A DNA stretch of 64,000 nt, taken from an uncultured Candidatus Saccharibacteria bacterium. Its GTDB lineage: Bacteria; Patescibacteriota; Minisyncoccia; Phycocordibacterales; DAORIS01. A program made the position numbers and the translations under genes. The stretch is taken from contig CAZXUH010000001.1 of the NCBI GenBank assembly GCA_964644035.1, positions 323,712-387,711 of the forward strand, given 5' to 3'. The notes beneath the pieces were generated by a model. The model saw only the letters and a program-made list of their open reading frames with translations, did not search any database and had not been told where the DNA came from. Below, one piece after another: positions 1-9,482 of this stretch (within the stretch, counting starts at the first letter, position 1; every line of letters starts with the position of its first letter).

Positions 1-2398
1 TGTCTGAAGCATTTGCTGTAATTGTTGTAGTACCAGACACTGTCTCACCTGCGAGTGGAGATATTACAGAAACAACCGGCTTAGTAGTGTCTCCGACAGG
101 TGGAGTGCTCGTGCTTTGCGTGAGCGAGAAATTGTCGATCGTCAGTTCACCGACACCATTGAGCACAAGTCCTACTACAGCAGTCTGAGCGCCAGCAGGT
201 GTAGTAAACCTCCTATCAACACGTGTCCAACTAGGACCAGGCGCAGCATCACCGAGATCTATATATGTATATGTTCCATTGCCATAGCCGATTTGAACAA
301 CTCCACCTGCGCTGGTATTACCCATAAAGTAACCGGAGAAGTTGTATGAAGTGTTTGGAGCGATAGTAACAGGATTATGGAACCATTTTGCATCACCATC
401 GGTATAGCTCGACATAGAAACTTTGGCTGCATCAGCACCATCAAAACCTACAACGGGATATGTATACGTAACATTGTTGATACCGTATCCGCCACGAATC
501 CAAAATTCAGGCGTGTCAGCAGCACTTACTACTGCATCTTCAAGAGATGGATTTTGAATAAGATTGCCTGAAGTTTCAGGATTATTGTTGAGATAAAGGT
601 TAATACTCTTTGTATCGGTCAAACCACCTGAGTCTGTAACGGTCAGACGCACTTCTGTATATACGTCGGTTGCACTCTCATGATCGGGCGCTGGGAATGA
701 AGGATTTGGACCGTTGAGTGTCTGATAGGTATGAGTGTGAGTATTGTGATGAATGATCACGGTCCAGACGAGTTTGGAAACACTCGTAATCGTACCATCG
801 GCAGCATCGATACCATGTCCGGAAACAAAAATCGTATCTCCTATCTTGTATAGAGAACCATTTTCTGGCGAGCTGATGACAGCTGTCGGAGCCTGGTTGC
901 CAACCGTGATTGTCTTACTCTTAGTATTTTGTCCTCCCTGACCGTCAAATACTGTGAGTACAGCTGTATAAGAACCATTGGCAGCGTAGGTATGAACTGG
1001 GGCACTGCTTGTAGAAGTAGTTCCATCACCAAAATTCCAAAGATAGGTTAGAGGATTGCCGTCGGGATCTGAAGAACCAGTGGCTGAAAAATTGACCGTG
1101 AGCGGAGCGAGACCGTTGGTTGGAGCAGCATTGAGTACTGCATTTGGCTGACGATTGCCTGTTGTATACAAGAAGCGCTTGAGTTCACCGGTGTAGATAG
1201 CAAGATAATAAATGTTGCCATCGGGTCCACGATCGAGTGCGACCGGACCATTTGATCCATCGGCTGCCATCATGAAATTTTGTACTGAGACAAAACCATC
1301 TGCGGCATTGACCTCTACTCGCTTGATCCAGTTCTGAGCATAGTCACCAATAAAGAATGAGTTGTTGTAGGTGGAAGGATAGGCTGTAGGAAATGCGCCA
1401 GCAGCAATAGCTCCGGCACCATTACCATCGTGAGCGTAGGTGTAGAGAGGATTTACGTGTGGGTTAACATCACAGTTGTACCCAGTCGTTGTAGCATTAC
1501 CTTCTCGGCAAGGCCAACCGTAGTTGGCACCAGGGACAACTTTATTGACCTCTTCCCAATTGCTCCATCCGACATCGCCGACATAGAGCGCATTGTTTGA
1601 AGGGCGGAAATTGAAACGATAGGCATTGCGGAAACCGTAGGCATAGACCTTTGAACGGTTTGCTGTCGCGCTACCTGTATAGTAAGGATTATCAGAAGGT
1701 GCTGTACCATCAGCATTGATTCTCAATACTTTTCCGGCTAGAGCATCGAGATTTTGAGCACGCATAGCTCGAGGATCAACATATTCAAAGTGTGAACCAT
1801 CACCAAGCGTTACGTATAGTTTTCCATCAGGACCAAAACGCAATCCGCCAACACTATGACTTGGAGAATCGGAAGGAATACAATCAGCTGTTACGGCATA
1901 ACTTTCGCACGAAGGTGTAGCAAGCGTACCACCAATCGTACCAAGAATAACTGTCTTCGATGATTCATCGGCAACATCACCAATAACCTTTACTCTTACC
2001 AGTCTGCCTGTCTTAGGACCAGCAAAGTTGGTACCCGGAGTATTTTCATATGTATAAAGAAGAAAAAGATGACCGTTGGTAGAAAAGTTGGGATCAATAG
2101 CAATACCGATGAGTCCTCGATCGCCGTAGGTGTTGACGTCGGTGAGCTGTATCAGTGGAGTTGCAAGCACGGCACCATTTTTCCAAATACGCACTGCCCC
2201 ACCCTTTTCAGCGATAAAGATGCGACCATCTGGGGCAAAGGTAATGGCAGTCGGAAGAGTCAAACCACCGCTAAGCGTCTCCACCTCAAAACCTGCAGGC
2301 AAAGCTGCAAAAGCAGTGAGTGGTGCAATAGCGGAGAGTGCAATAGAGAAGAGAAACAGTACCGAAAAAAGACCCTGTCGTGCTGTAGTTTTATTCAT
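1..2398 (-). CDS. Secreted PQQ-dependent sugar (glucose/sorbosone) dehydrogenase-like beta-propeller fused to C-terminal CBM-like and Ig-like modules. Partial: the C-terminus runs off the window start.
   Basis: ATG at 2398-2396 (minus). Hand translation gives MNKTTARQGLFSVLFLFSIALSAIAPLTAFAALPAGFEVETLSGGLTLPTAITFAPDGRIFIAEKGGAVRIW...GLIGIAIDPNF..., matching the GSDH/SGDH propeller. Reverse translation of 1-211 gives ...GELTIDNFSLTQSTSTPPVGDTTKPVVSVISPLAGETVSGTTTITANASD, the same CBM-end plus Ig-start module as the 44748-48296 protein. The open frame is absent from the ORF track because no stop lies within the window. Confidence 0.6.
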   Translation of the reverse strand, partial: MNKTTARQGLFSVLFLFSIALSAIAPLTAFAALPAGFEVETLSGGLTLPTAITFAPDGRIFIAEKGGAVRIWKNGAVLATPLIQLTDVNTYGDRGLIGIAIDPNFSTNGHLFLLYTYENTPGTNFAGPKTGRLVRVKVIGDVADESSKTVILGTIGGTLATPSCESYAVTADCIPSDSPSHSVGGLRFGPDGKLYVTLGDGSHFEYVDPRAMRAQNLDALAGKVLRINADGTAPSDNPYYTGSATANRSKVYAYGFRNAYRFNFRPSNNALYVGDVGWSNWEEVNKVVPGANYGWPCREGNATTTGYNCDVNPHVNPLYTYAHDGNGAGAIAAGAFPTAYPSTYNNSFFIGDYAQNWIKRVEVNAADGFVSVQNFMMAADGSNGPVALDRGPDGNIYYLAIYTGELKRFLYTTGNRQPNAVLNAAPTNGLAPLTVNFSATGSSDPDGNPLTYLWNFGDGTTSTSSAPVHTYAANGSYTAVLTVFDGQGGQNTKSKTITVGNQAPTAVISSPENGSLYKIGDTIFVSGHGIDAADGTITSVSKLVWTVIIHHNTHTHTYQTLNGPNPSFPAPDHESATDVYTEVRLTVTDSGGLTDTKSINLYLNNNPETSGNLIQNPSLEDAVVSAADTPEFWIRGGYGINNVTYTYPVVGFDGADAAKVSMSSYTDGDAKWFHNPVTIAPNTSYNFSGYFMGNTSAGGVVQIGYGNGTYTYIDLGDAAPGPSWTRVDRRFTTPAGAQTAVVGLVLNGVGELTIDNFSLTQSTSTPPVGDTTKPVVSVISPLAGETVSGTTTITANASD

Positions 2399-2528
2399 AA
2401 AATTCCGCTGAAATATATTATTTTTAATGACACTTTTCTATAGTATTTTTAATAAAATGTCAAAGCCGCCCGATAGAGAGCGGCTGCAGATATCATATCC
2501 TAAAAAATGGATTTTTACTTTAAAATTC

Positions 2529-4238
2529 CTATCTATCTGGCGGCACGTCGTAATAGTTGATGAGGAATTTGATAATATCTTGGAACGGCAATGTCAGTGT
2601 ATGCGAGGCATACTCTTCACCATGTGGTTCGACTGTATACATAAACACTAAGAATTCTGGATCATTGGCTGGGAAATAACCGAAGAATGAGTGCAGAAAT
2701 CTATCGTCATAATATCCCCCACCCGGTCTTGCAATCTGAGCTGTACCAGTTTTGGCTGCAATACTATAGTGCTCTTGTCTGACCTTACCTTCCAACAACG
2801 CTTTGTCGACAACTTGAGTAAGCATTTTTGATATCGTCTCAGAAGTTTGTTTTGAAAACACCTGCTCACCAAGACCCGGTTCAATATCTTTCCACAAACC
2901 GCTCGAGTACTCGATTTTTTTCACAATATGCGGAGTGATCATATATCCCCCGTTTCCAAGCGTAGCCAGAGCTCTGACTGTCTCAATCGGAGAAATGGCA
3001 ATACCCTGACCGAATGATGCTGTGACGAATTCGATATCGCGATTACTCTTGAGGTTGTCGACAAGACCTGAGACTTCATTGGGCAGATCGATACCGGTTT
3101 GCTCACCAAGTCCAAGACTGTACAAATACGTCCTGAAACGCGCATTGCCGAGCTTAGTAGCGACTGTCGCTACACCAGTATTGAGCGATTGGTTGAGCAC
3201 TTCTTGCATACTTACTACCCCACGACCTCGCAAGTCATAGTTATAAATAGTTTTATTGTTGAAGGTCATATTGCCTGGATCAAAGTAAGTGGTAGTTGGA
3301 GTGACGACGCCAGCATCGAGTCCGGCAGCCATGGTTAAAGGCTTAATGATCGATCCCATTTCATACACGCTCTGGACGAGTTGATTGGTGAAGACTGAAC
3401 CGTCTTTTTCTATTCTAAAAAAGTTGGGATCAAAGCTTGGATAGAGACCCATGGCATAGATAGCACCAGTCTTGGGATTAATGATCACTCCACCAGTGAG
3501 TTTGGAACTGTACTTTTTATTGACCCCAGCCAATTCTTTCTCAAAAAACATCTGTACATTTGGCTCGATGGTCGTCACGATATCACCTTGACCCTCTGCT
3601 TCGTATTTTATTGCTTTATTGATATGAGAAAAAATTTCAGCAAAGAAGTTGCTGTATAAGTTTTCACTGTCACGACTAAGGACATGATCATATTCTTTTT
3701 CTAGACCATACTGGGCTCCATACTGGTTCTGACCATTGTAACCAAGAAAGCCAATGACTTGTGAAGCAAGATTGCCTGTCGGATAATAACGCCACTGTTC
3801 TTTAAACAAACGCACTCCTGGGAGTTTGGCTGTTTCTATTTGTTTAGCTTGAGATTCTGTTAACTGATTGGCAATTTCTTCGTAAGGATCACTCTTTTTT
3901 CCTGCCCTATCCATAAACTGATCCTTTTCTAGCGGCAAGATAGCATTGAGCGTGTCATAGGTTTTTTCAAGATTGGTAATCAGCGTCGGATTGACCGCAA
4001 GCGTATAACCTGACTTGAGGGTGGCAGCACTTATCCTCGTACCATCCCGGGTTTCAAAAAAGATATTGCCTCGATCAAACACTCTACCTGTTGGATTGCT
4101 GTATTGCCTATCAGCCTTGTCATTGAACGCTTGATGCTGAACGATTTGAAGAATATAGAGTCTAAAAACCAGTAGAAATGCAAAAAGAATAAACGCCACC
4201 GAAATAACTCGTATACGGTTCCTGGAGACAGATCTCAT
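2529..4238 (-). CDS. ftsI: Class B penicillin-binding protein / FtsI-type transpeptidase
   Basis: N-terminal TM. SxxK (GSIIKP), SxN (SLN) and KTG (KTGTA) motifs. Position downstream of ftsL in the division-cluster order. Confidence 0.85.
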   Translation of the reverse strand: MRSVSRNRIRVISVAFILFAFLLVFRLYILQIVQHQAFNDKADRQYSNPTGRVFDRGNIFFETRDGTRISAATLKSGYTLAVNPTLITNLEKTYDTLNAILPLEKDQFMDRAGKKSDPYEEIANQLTESQAKQIETAKLPGVRLFKEQWRYYPTGNLASQVIGFLGYNGQNQYGAQYGLEKEYDHVLSRDSENLYSNFFAEIFSHINKAIKYEAEGQGDIVTTIEPNVQMFFEKELAGVNKKYSSKLTGGVIINPKTGAIYAMGLYPSFDPNFFRIEKDGSVFTNQLVQSVYEMGSIIKPLTMAAGLDAGVVTPTTTYFDPGNMTFNNKTIYNYDLRGRGVVSMQEVLNQSLNTGVATVATKLGNARFRTYLYSLGLGEQTGIDLPNEVSGLVDNLKSNRDIEFVTASFGQGIAISPIETVRALATLGNGGYMITPHIVKKIEYSSGLWKDIEPGLGEQVFSKQTSETISKMLTQVVDKALLEGKVRQEHYSIAAKTGTAQIARPGGGYYDDRFLHSFFGYFPANDPEFLVFMYTVEPHGEEYASHTLTLPFQDIIKFLINYYDVPPDR

Positions 4239-4250
4239 CTCTCTATTATA

Positions 4251-4565
4251 TTATTCAATTGACCGTCGTGACAACCCGAGAGAAGGCTTAGAAATGTACC
4301 TTTTGGCTGCTACCTCCTTAAAACCGAGCTCCAATGCCCTTTCAGATGTAATACTGTTCTTTAATGAAATATATTTTGACTCCAATTCGCCGAGTTTGAC
4401 GGTGATTTCGCCCATATCCTTGTGAGCGTGTTGGCGATTGGCTGTAAAAGAGACCGTCTTAAACACCAAGGCCACATACATGACAATGAAACACAGGAGA
4501 AGTGCTATACCCGCCAAAAGCACGTAGTTCCCCATTGCATGTGATTGTGTCCTGGTGTAATTCAT
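4251..4565 (-). CDS. ftsL: FtsL-like cell-division membrane protein
   Basis: 104 aa with a single TM and a C-terminal coiled-coil-like region. Sits between rsmH and ftsI as in the canonical mraZ-rsmH-ftsL-ftsI order. Confidence 0.5.
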   Translation of the reverse strand: MNYTRTQSHAMGNYVLLAGIALLLCFIVMYVALVFKTVSFTANRQHAHKDMGEITVKLGELESKYISLKNSITSERALELGFKEVAAKRYISKPSLGLSRRSIE

Positions 4566-4574
4566 ATGTGTTTT

Positions 4575-5471
4575 TTATAATTTTTGTAAAATTCTGAGCT
4601 TTGCACTGCGAGAACGTGGATTTGCTCCTACTTCCTCGTCAGTTGCCACGATCGGCTTTTTAGTAATGATCGTAGCCACCTCCTTTTGTGACTGTTCCTT
4701 AAAAAAATTCTTTACGATTCTGTCTTCAAGACTGTGAAATGAAATGGCGCAAATCCGGCCGCCGGGTGCAAGGATTTCAAATGCCGCTTTGAGCCCTTGA
4801 TCGATAGAAGTCAACTCGCCATTGACTGCTATGCGTATTGCCTGAAATGTTCGTGTTGCCGGATGAATGCGACCGTGTAGATATGACTTGGGCACTGCAG
4901 CCGAGATAATCTCGACAAGCTCGCCCGTGGTCTCAATAGGATGAAGCTTGCGGGATTCGACAATAGCTTTGGCGATGCGCTTGGCATATCGCTCTTCACC
5001 GAAACCAAAAATAACGGTTTCGAGTGAAGACAATTCCCATGTGTTGACGACATCTTTGGCAGTAACATCCTGTTCACCAGGAGTACTTTTGAATGTCATG
5101 AGCAATGGTTCATCCTTTTTGAATCCAAATCCCCTGCCCGATTCGTATTGATCAGAGCTGAGACCAAAATCAAACAATACAGCGTCAGCGTGAGTGATTG
5201 AAAGCTGTTTGAGCACATTGCCTATATTGACGTATGAATCACAGATGAGATCAAACTGTGCATCGGTCGATGCGAGTTTTTTATTTGATCGCTCAATTGC
5301 TTCAGCATCGAGATCAATACCGACAATGCGCACATTTTTCTTATATGCTTTTGCTACTGCTTCGCTGTGACCACCACCATTGACGGTAGCGTCCACGAAT
5401 ACTTTTTCTTTCTTATCGGATCCCAGATTGAGACCTTGAAGACTTTCCTGTAAAAGAACTGGTATATGCAT
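4575..5471 (-). CDS. rsmH: 16S rRNA (cytosine1402-N4)-methyltransferase RsmH (MraW)
   Basis: N-terminal HIPVLL and DATVNGGGHS motifs. Length 298 aa. Confidence 0.9.
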   Translation of the reverse strand: MHIPVLLQESLQGLNLGSDKKEKVFVDATVNGGGHSEAVAKAYKKNVRIVGIDLDAEAIERSNKKLASTDAQFDLICDSYVNIGNVLKQLSITHADAVLFDFGLSSDQYESGRGFGFKKDEPLLMTFKSTPGEQDVTAKDVVNTWELSSLETVIFGFGEERYAKRIAKAIVESRKLHPIETTGELVEIISAAVPKSYLHGRIHPATRTFQAIRIAVNGELTSIDQGLKAAFEILAPGGRICAISFHSLEDRIVKNFFKEQSQKEVATIITKKPIVATDEEVGANPRSRSAKLRILQKL

Positions 5472-5474
5472 ATG

Positions 5475-5909
5475 CTAAACGGCTCCTATCTCACCAAGCT
5501 TTTGAGCCATTGCATCAACCTCCCCTGCAACTTTCTGCTTGTACTTACTCCATCGTTCTTCATTCCAGATTTCTACCCTGTTGTGAACCCCGGCAAAGAT
5601 AACCTTGCTAGCGAGGCCGGCAAACTGTCGTAGAAAGTCAGGGATGAGGATGCGGCCGAGCGAATCAATATCAACTTCTGCTGCTCCCGCGAGCATGAAG
5701 CGATTGAATCCTCGACTGTCCGCCTGACCGATCGAAAGTGTTCCAAGCTTTTCAGCGATCTTCTTCCATTCTTTTTGGGAATACAAGAAGAGACAATTAT
5801 CAAGTCCATGTGTGATCACCACTGATTTGCCTAACTCTTTGCGAAACTTCACCGGCATCGAAATGCGGTTTTTCTCGTCTGCCGTGTGTGTATATTCGCC
5901 TATAAGCAT
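5475..5909 (-). CDS. mraZ: Transcriptional regulator MraZ
   Basis: 144 aa with the duplicated MraZ/SpoVT-AbrB-type fold (MLIGEYTHTADEKNRISMP...). First gene of the division cluster. Confidence 0.9.
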   Translation of the reverse strand: MLIGEYTHTADEKNRISMPVKFRKELGKSVVITHGLDNCLFLYSQKEWKKIAEKLGTLSIGQADSRGFNRFMLAGAAEVDIDSLGRILIPDFLRQFAGLASKVIFAGVHNRVEIWNEERWSKYKQKVAGEVDAMAQKLGEIGAV

Positions 5910-5918
5910 ATTTCGTTT

Positions 5919-5984
5919 ACCACATCATACCACTTTATTAATATTGTATACCACCAGCTACCCCACTACAACAGATTTATCCAC
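5919..5984 (-). promoter_or_regulatory. Putative MraZ operator: five direct GTGG(G/T) repeats (minus strand), two of them with 10-bp spacing, overlapping candidate -10 elements (TACAAT/TATGAT) just upstream of mraZ.
   Basis: Minus-strand reading: GTGGataaatctgttgtaGTGGGGtagctgGTGGTatacaatattaataaaGTGGTatgatGTGGTaaacgaaATG. MraZ is known to bind direct (T)GGG/GTGG repeats with 10-bp periodicity upstream of its own gene. Confidence 0.4.
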
Positions 5985-6098
5985 ATAAATATAGAGAAAA
6001 ATGCCCTTTCGGGCATTTGGGTATAGAAGCCTGTTTTCCTTGTCTTTTTTAGTGTTAGGCGTAGTATAAAATCAGATATTTTTACAAAGGGAGTTCCT

Positions 6099-6593
6099 AT
6101 GAAAATCAGAAAATTCACTTTGTGTTTCCCGATCAGTGGTAACCGTGTTTTGTTGGGCAAAAAGACTGCCAAAATCGGCAAGGGTTTGTGGAATGGAATC
6201 GGCGGAAATGTCGAACCAACTGATAAGAGCATCGAAGATGCAGTCATTCGTGAAAATTTCGAGGAAGTCGGCATCGTCTGCGACATGGGCAACCTCGAAA
6301 AAAGAGCTGTCATACATTTTCACAATAACTGCGGCGACGACACGTCTTTCATGGCTGAAGTACACGTATATCTACTTCACCACTGGGAAGGAGAACCCAA
6401 AGAATCACCTGAACTTTCCAATCTGACGTGGTTCTCGATATATGCCCTACCTGTCGAAGAAATGATGTTGGCCGACAAAAAGTGGCTTCCCTTAATATTC
6501 GACGGCGAAATAATTCGGGCAAAATTTTGGTACGGACCAGGACAAAAAACCCTTGAGCGAGAGAGTCAGATTATGTCTGTCGATGAGCTCTGA
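6099..6593 (+). CDS. Nudix hydrolase (MutT-like)
   Basis: Nudix box GGNVEPTDKSIEDAVIRENFEEVGI (GX5EX7REUXEEXGU). SD GGGAG upstream. Confidence 0.8.
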   Translation: MKIRKFTLCFPISGNRVLLGKKTAKIGKGLWNGIGGNVEPTDKSIEDAVIRENFEEVGIVCDMGNLEKRAVIHFHNNCGDDTSFMAEVHVYLLHHWEGEPKESPELSNLTWFSIYALPVEEMMLADKKWLPLIFDGEIIRAKFWYGPGQKTLERESQIMSVDEL

Positions 6594-6596
6594 AGC

Positions 6597-6628
6597 AAAA
6601 GAAGCGAATGGATTCGCTTCTTTTTTTA
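6597..6628. terminator. Bidirectional intrinsic terminator between the convergent Nudix gene and 6630-6962
   Basis: GAAGCGAAtggaTTCGCTTC hairpin followed by TTTTTTT. Confidence 0.6.
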
Positions 6629-6629
6629 T

Positions 6630-6962
6630 TTATGAATATTTCGGCTCTAATATCGTCAATCGATTCTCATGATCATCTATCCTGGCATCAATCGCCTTTT
6701 TATCTGCATCCCGCATATCCTTGTGAACTGCATTTAGCATAAATACTTCCATGAGTTCATTGAGATGTTTGAAAGATTCTTCAGTCTTCTGCATAAATTG
6801 GAGAATGGAAGTTTTAACAATATTGATATCGGTCTCTATAAAAGACACTCTTGATTCAAGCATCTCTATCCGACTTTCCAAAGTATTAAGTTTATTAATA
6901 AATGTGGTATCCATATCGATAAGACGATCCCAAATATCTTGAAGAGTGATTTCCTTTTTCAT
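6630..6962 (-). CDS. Hypothetical coiled-coil protein
   Basis: Start taken at MKKEITLQDIWDRL (ATG 6962); the track ORF extends to 7001. Heptad-rich, no recognisable domain. Confidence 0.4.
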   Translation of the reverse strand: MKKEITLQDIWDRLIDMDTTFINKLNTLESRIEMLESRVSFIETDINIVKTSILQFMQKTEESFKHLNELMEVFMLNAVHKDMRDADKKAIDARIDDHENRLTILEPKYS

Positions 6963-7061
6963 ACCAAAACTATAGCAAAAGAGGTATGAAGAAACGCTCA
7001 AAAAAGAATCAAATTTTTATAAAAAAATTAGATTCGACGAAGTCTCAGATTTGGGGATCTG

Positions 7062-7526
7062 CTATTTCACTTCTACGATCGTATATTCTGTTTTGCCTTT
7101 TGGAGTAGATACTGAAAAACTGTCACCTTTCTTTTTTCCAGACATAGCTTCTGCGAGCGGTGAGGTCATTGAGATTTTATTGCTTGCAACATCTGCTTCT
7201 TCAGAGCCCACAATCGTGTAGGTTGTTGGAGAACCATCTTTTTTCTTAATCGTCACTGTCGTACCAATCACCACTGTATCTGAGTGCTTGAGAGCCATAA
7301 TCACTGCAGATTTGAGCAATACTTCGAGCTTGCTGATGCGCTCTTCGAGATTCATCTGGGCTTCGCGAGCTTCGTGATATTCGGCATTTTCAGCCAAGTC
7401 TCCAAGCGCCTTTGAATATTCAAGGTTCTCAGCAATTTCCTTTCTTTTCTTGGTTTTGAGATCTTCGAGTTCAAGAGAAAGCTCTTCGTGCTTCTCTTTT
7501 GTGAGATATTGGGTGTCAGTTGCCAT
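7062..7526 (-). CDS. greA: Transcription elongation factor GreA
   Basis: N-terminal coiled coil and C-terminal FKBP-like domain. 154 aa. Confidence 0.9.
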   Translation of the reverse strand: MATDTQYLTKEKHEELSLELEDLKTKKRKEIAENLEYSKALGDLAENAEYHEAREAQMNLEERISKLEVLLKSAVIMALKHSDTVVIGTTVTIKKKDGSPTTYTIVGSEEADVASNKISMTSPLAEAMSGKKKGDSFSVSTPKGKTEYTIVEVK

Positions 7527-7569
7527 ACAGATTTATTAGCGTCTAAGTGTATAGTTTTCCCTGAAAAAG

Positions 7570-9243
7570 TCAATTGGCACTTATGTATTCTGGAGCAACG
7601 GTTTGAAGCTTCTGAAAGAACTGCGACATGATCGGTGAAGCTCCAAAAAGATTGAATCGTGAGCCCTTTTCCATGAGCAGTACAAATGCATATTTTGGCT
7701 TTTCATAAGGATAAAAACCAATGACCCAAGAATTGACCAGAGCCTTAGTTATACCGAGTTCTGCCGTACCGGTTTTACCCGCCATAGCAACAGGAAGTAT
7801 GTTTAAAGCTGCTGCAGTTCCATACTCAACCGAACCACGCATACCTTCCTGCGCAATATCAAAATAGACTGGATCAATATCAATATAACCATAGAGTTTT
7901 TTATTTGATTCATCACCTTTAAGGATAGTTGGCTCTATAAGCGTGCCTTTTGTAGCTACAGCTGCCAAGGCTCGGATGACCTGGATTGGCGTGACCTGGA
8001 AGCCATATTGCCCGATAGAAGTCAGATAGGTATCACCCACACGCCATGGATCACCATCGAAATTTTCTAGTTTCCATTCTGGTGTCGGCACCGTACCGAT
8101 CGATGACACAAAAAACGGAGACTTCATTGGTTCTGCAAATCCAAATAGATGCATATACTTGTCGATTCGGCTAATACCTAGACCTTTCTGATCGGCAAAT
8201 CCCCCACCTACAGCATAAAAATAAACGTCAGAAGAGACAGCAATTGCTCGACGCATGTCTACCCAGCCATGAGCTTTCCAGTCTCTAAAGATAGAAGGGT
8301 TTGATGGATTATATGGATTTGGAAGTGAGATAGAACCAGTACTGAGTATCTGTTTTTCTGGAGAAATAATATTTTCATTGAGCGCGGCAATCGACATGAA
8401 TGGTTTTACAATCGAACCAGGAGTATAGAGACCAGTAGAAATACGATCAATGAATGGCTTACTAGGATCTTGCAATGTTTTATTGATTTCAGACTGCGTA
8501 CCATTGGTCATCGTCTCAGAACTGTATTCGGGATACATAGCATAGGCAATGATTTCGCCTGTTTCCAAATCGATCATTGCTCCAGCACCACCTTGAAAGC
8601 CAACCTTATTGCCATTTTCATGCATAGTTTCATACAAAAGCGTCTGCACGCGACTGTCGATCGATAGAGCAACAGTTTCTCCGTGTATTGGCGGTTCCAA
8701 GACACTTTGACTACTAATATTTCCCCTAACGTCGGTTTCGGTCAGCTGTATGCCATGCGTACCGTTAAGTTTGTCATTATAAAAAAGCTCAGCACCAGCT
8801 TTTGGTACGTAGTCGGTATTGTAATAATTGCCCGAAGAATCCTTGGCGGGATATTTTACATAACCAAGAATATGAGAAAGGCCAGGAATATCCTTGTATC
8901 TACGCACAGCAAAACTACTTGATGTTGCACCTTGTTCATTCCACGCCAAAGCCACGCCATTGCGATCGGTAATAATACCCCTCTCCGAGAAAATAGTGAC
9001 ATGACGAAGTGTATTGTTTTCGCTTTTGACTGCAAAATTGCTTCCTTGGACAATCTGCAAATTGGTCAGACGAAATACAAACAATCCAAATATGGTTACA
9101 AAAGAAATAACAAAGAAAACCGCCGCTCGACGGCTAATCGGGTGTTCCATTTTGCCTTCAAACTGATGTACGTCGAATTCCGGCAGGTTTTTGGCATCTA
9201 CGAAAATGATATCCGGATCTATGTCGCGGCGGAAAATACTCAT
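7570..9243 (-). CDS. mrdA: Class B penicillin-binding protein 2 (elongasome transpeptidase)
   Basis: TM plus transpeptidase motifs SxxK (GSIVKP), SSD and KTGTA. Last gene of the mreBCD-mrdA operon. Confidence 0.85.
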   Translation of the reverse strand: MSIFRRDIDPDIIFVDAKNLPEFDVHQFEGKMEHPISRRAAVFFVISFVTIFGLFVFRLTNLQIVQGSNFAVKSENNTLRHVTIFSERGIITDRNGVALAWNEQGATSSSFAVRRYKDIPGLSHILGYVKYPAKDSSGNYYNTDYVPKAGAELFYNDKLNGTHGIQLTETDVRGNISSQSVLEPPIHGETVALSIDSRVQTLLYETMHENGNKVGFQGGAGAMIDLETGEIIAYAMYPEYSSETMTNGTQSEINKTLQDPSKPFIDRISTGLYTPGSIVKPFMSIAALNENIISPEKQILSTGSISLPNPYNPSNPSIFRDWKAHGWVDMRRAIAVSSDVYFYAVGGGFADQKGLGISRIDKYMHLFGFAEPMKSPFFVSSIGTVPTPEWKLENFDGDPWRVGDTYLTSIGQYGFQVTPIQVIRALAAVATKGTLIEPTILKGDESNKKLYGYIDIDPVYFDIAQEGMRGSVEYGTAAALNILPVAMAGKTGTAELGITKALVNSWVIGFYPYEKPKYAFVLLMEKGSRFNLFGASPIMSQFFQKLQTVAPEYISAN

Positions 9244-9479
9244 GTTTTATAAAATACGGTCTGTATTTTTACGTATTCTAGCACCATCAGCACTACTGCA
9301 GTAATGATGAGAGGAATAAAATACCAACTGCCGCCAATACCCAAAAAAGCAACGATGATCAAAGATTCATAATACTCTCTGAAAGTAACCATTAAGATTA
9401 AAACCAATAGACATGTCACATACCACGGTATGAACATAACAGATAGACAAACAAGAAGTGTAGCGAGAATTCTAAGCAT
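9240..9479 (-). CDS. mreD: Small polytopic membrane protein in the MreD position
   Basis: 79 aa with 2-3 TM, 4-bp overlap with mrdA. Synteny only; much shorter than canonical MreD. Confidence 0.35.
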   Translation of the reverse strand: MLRILATLLVCLSVMFIPWYVTCLLVLILMVTFREYYESLIIVAFLGIGGSWYFIPLIITAVVLMVLEYVKIQTVFYKT

Positions 9480-9482
9480 GTA

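Noticed and set aside
5998-6018. Perfect hairpin AAATGCCCtttcGGGCATTT upstream of mraZ, considered as a terminator
   Set aside because: No U-run on the plus strand, and on the minus strand it would terminate a transcript that has no upstream gene. Kept only as a note within the MraZ-operator finding.
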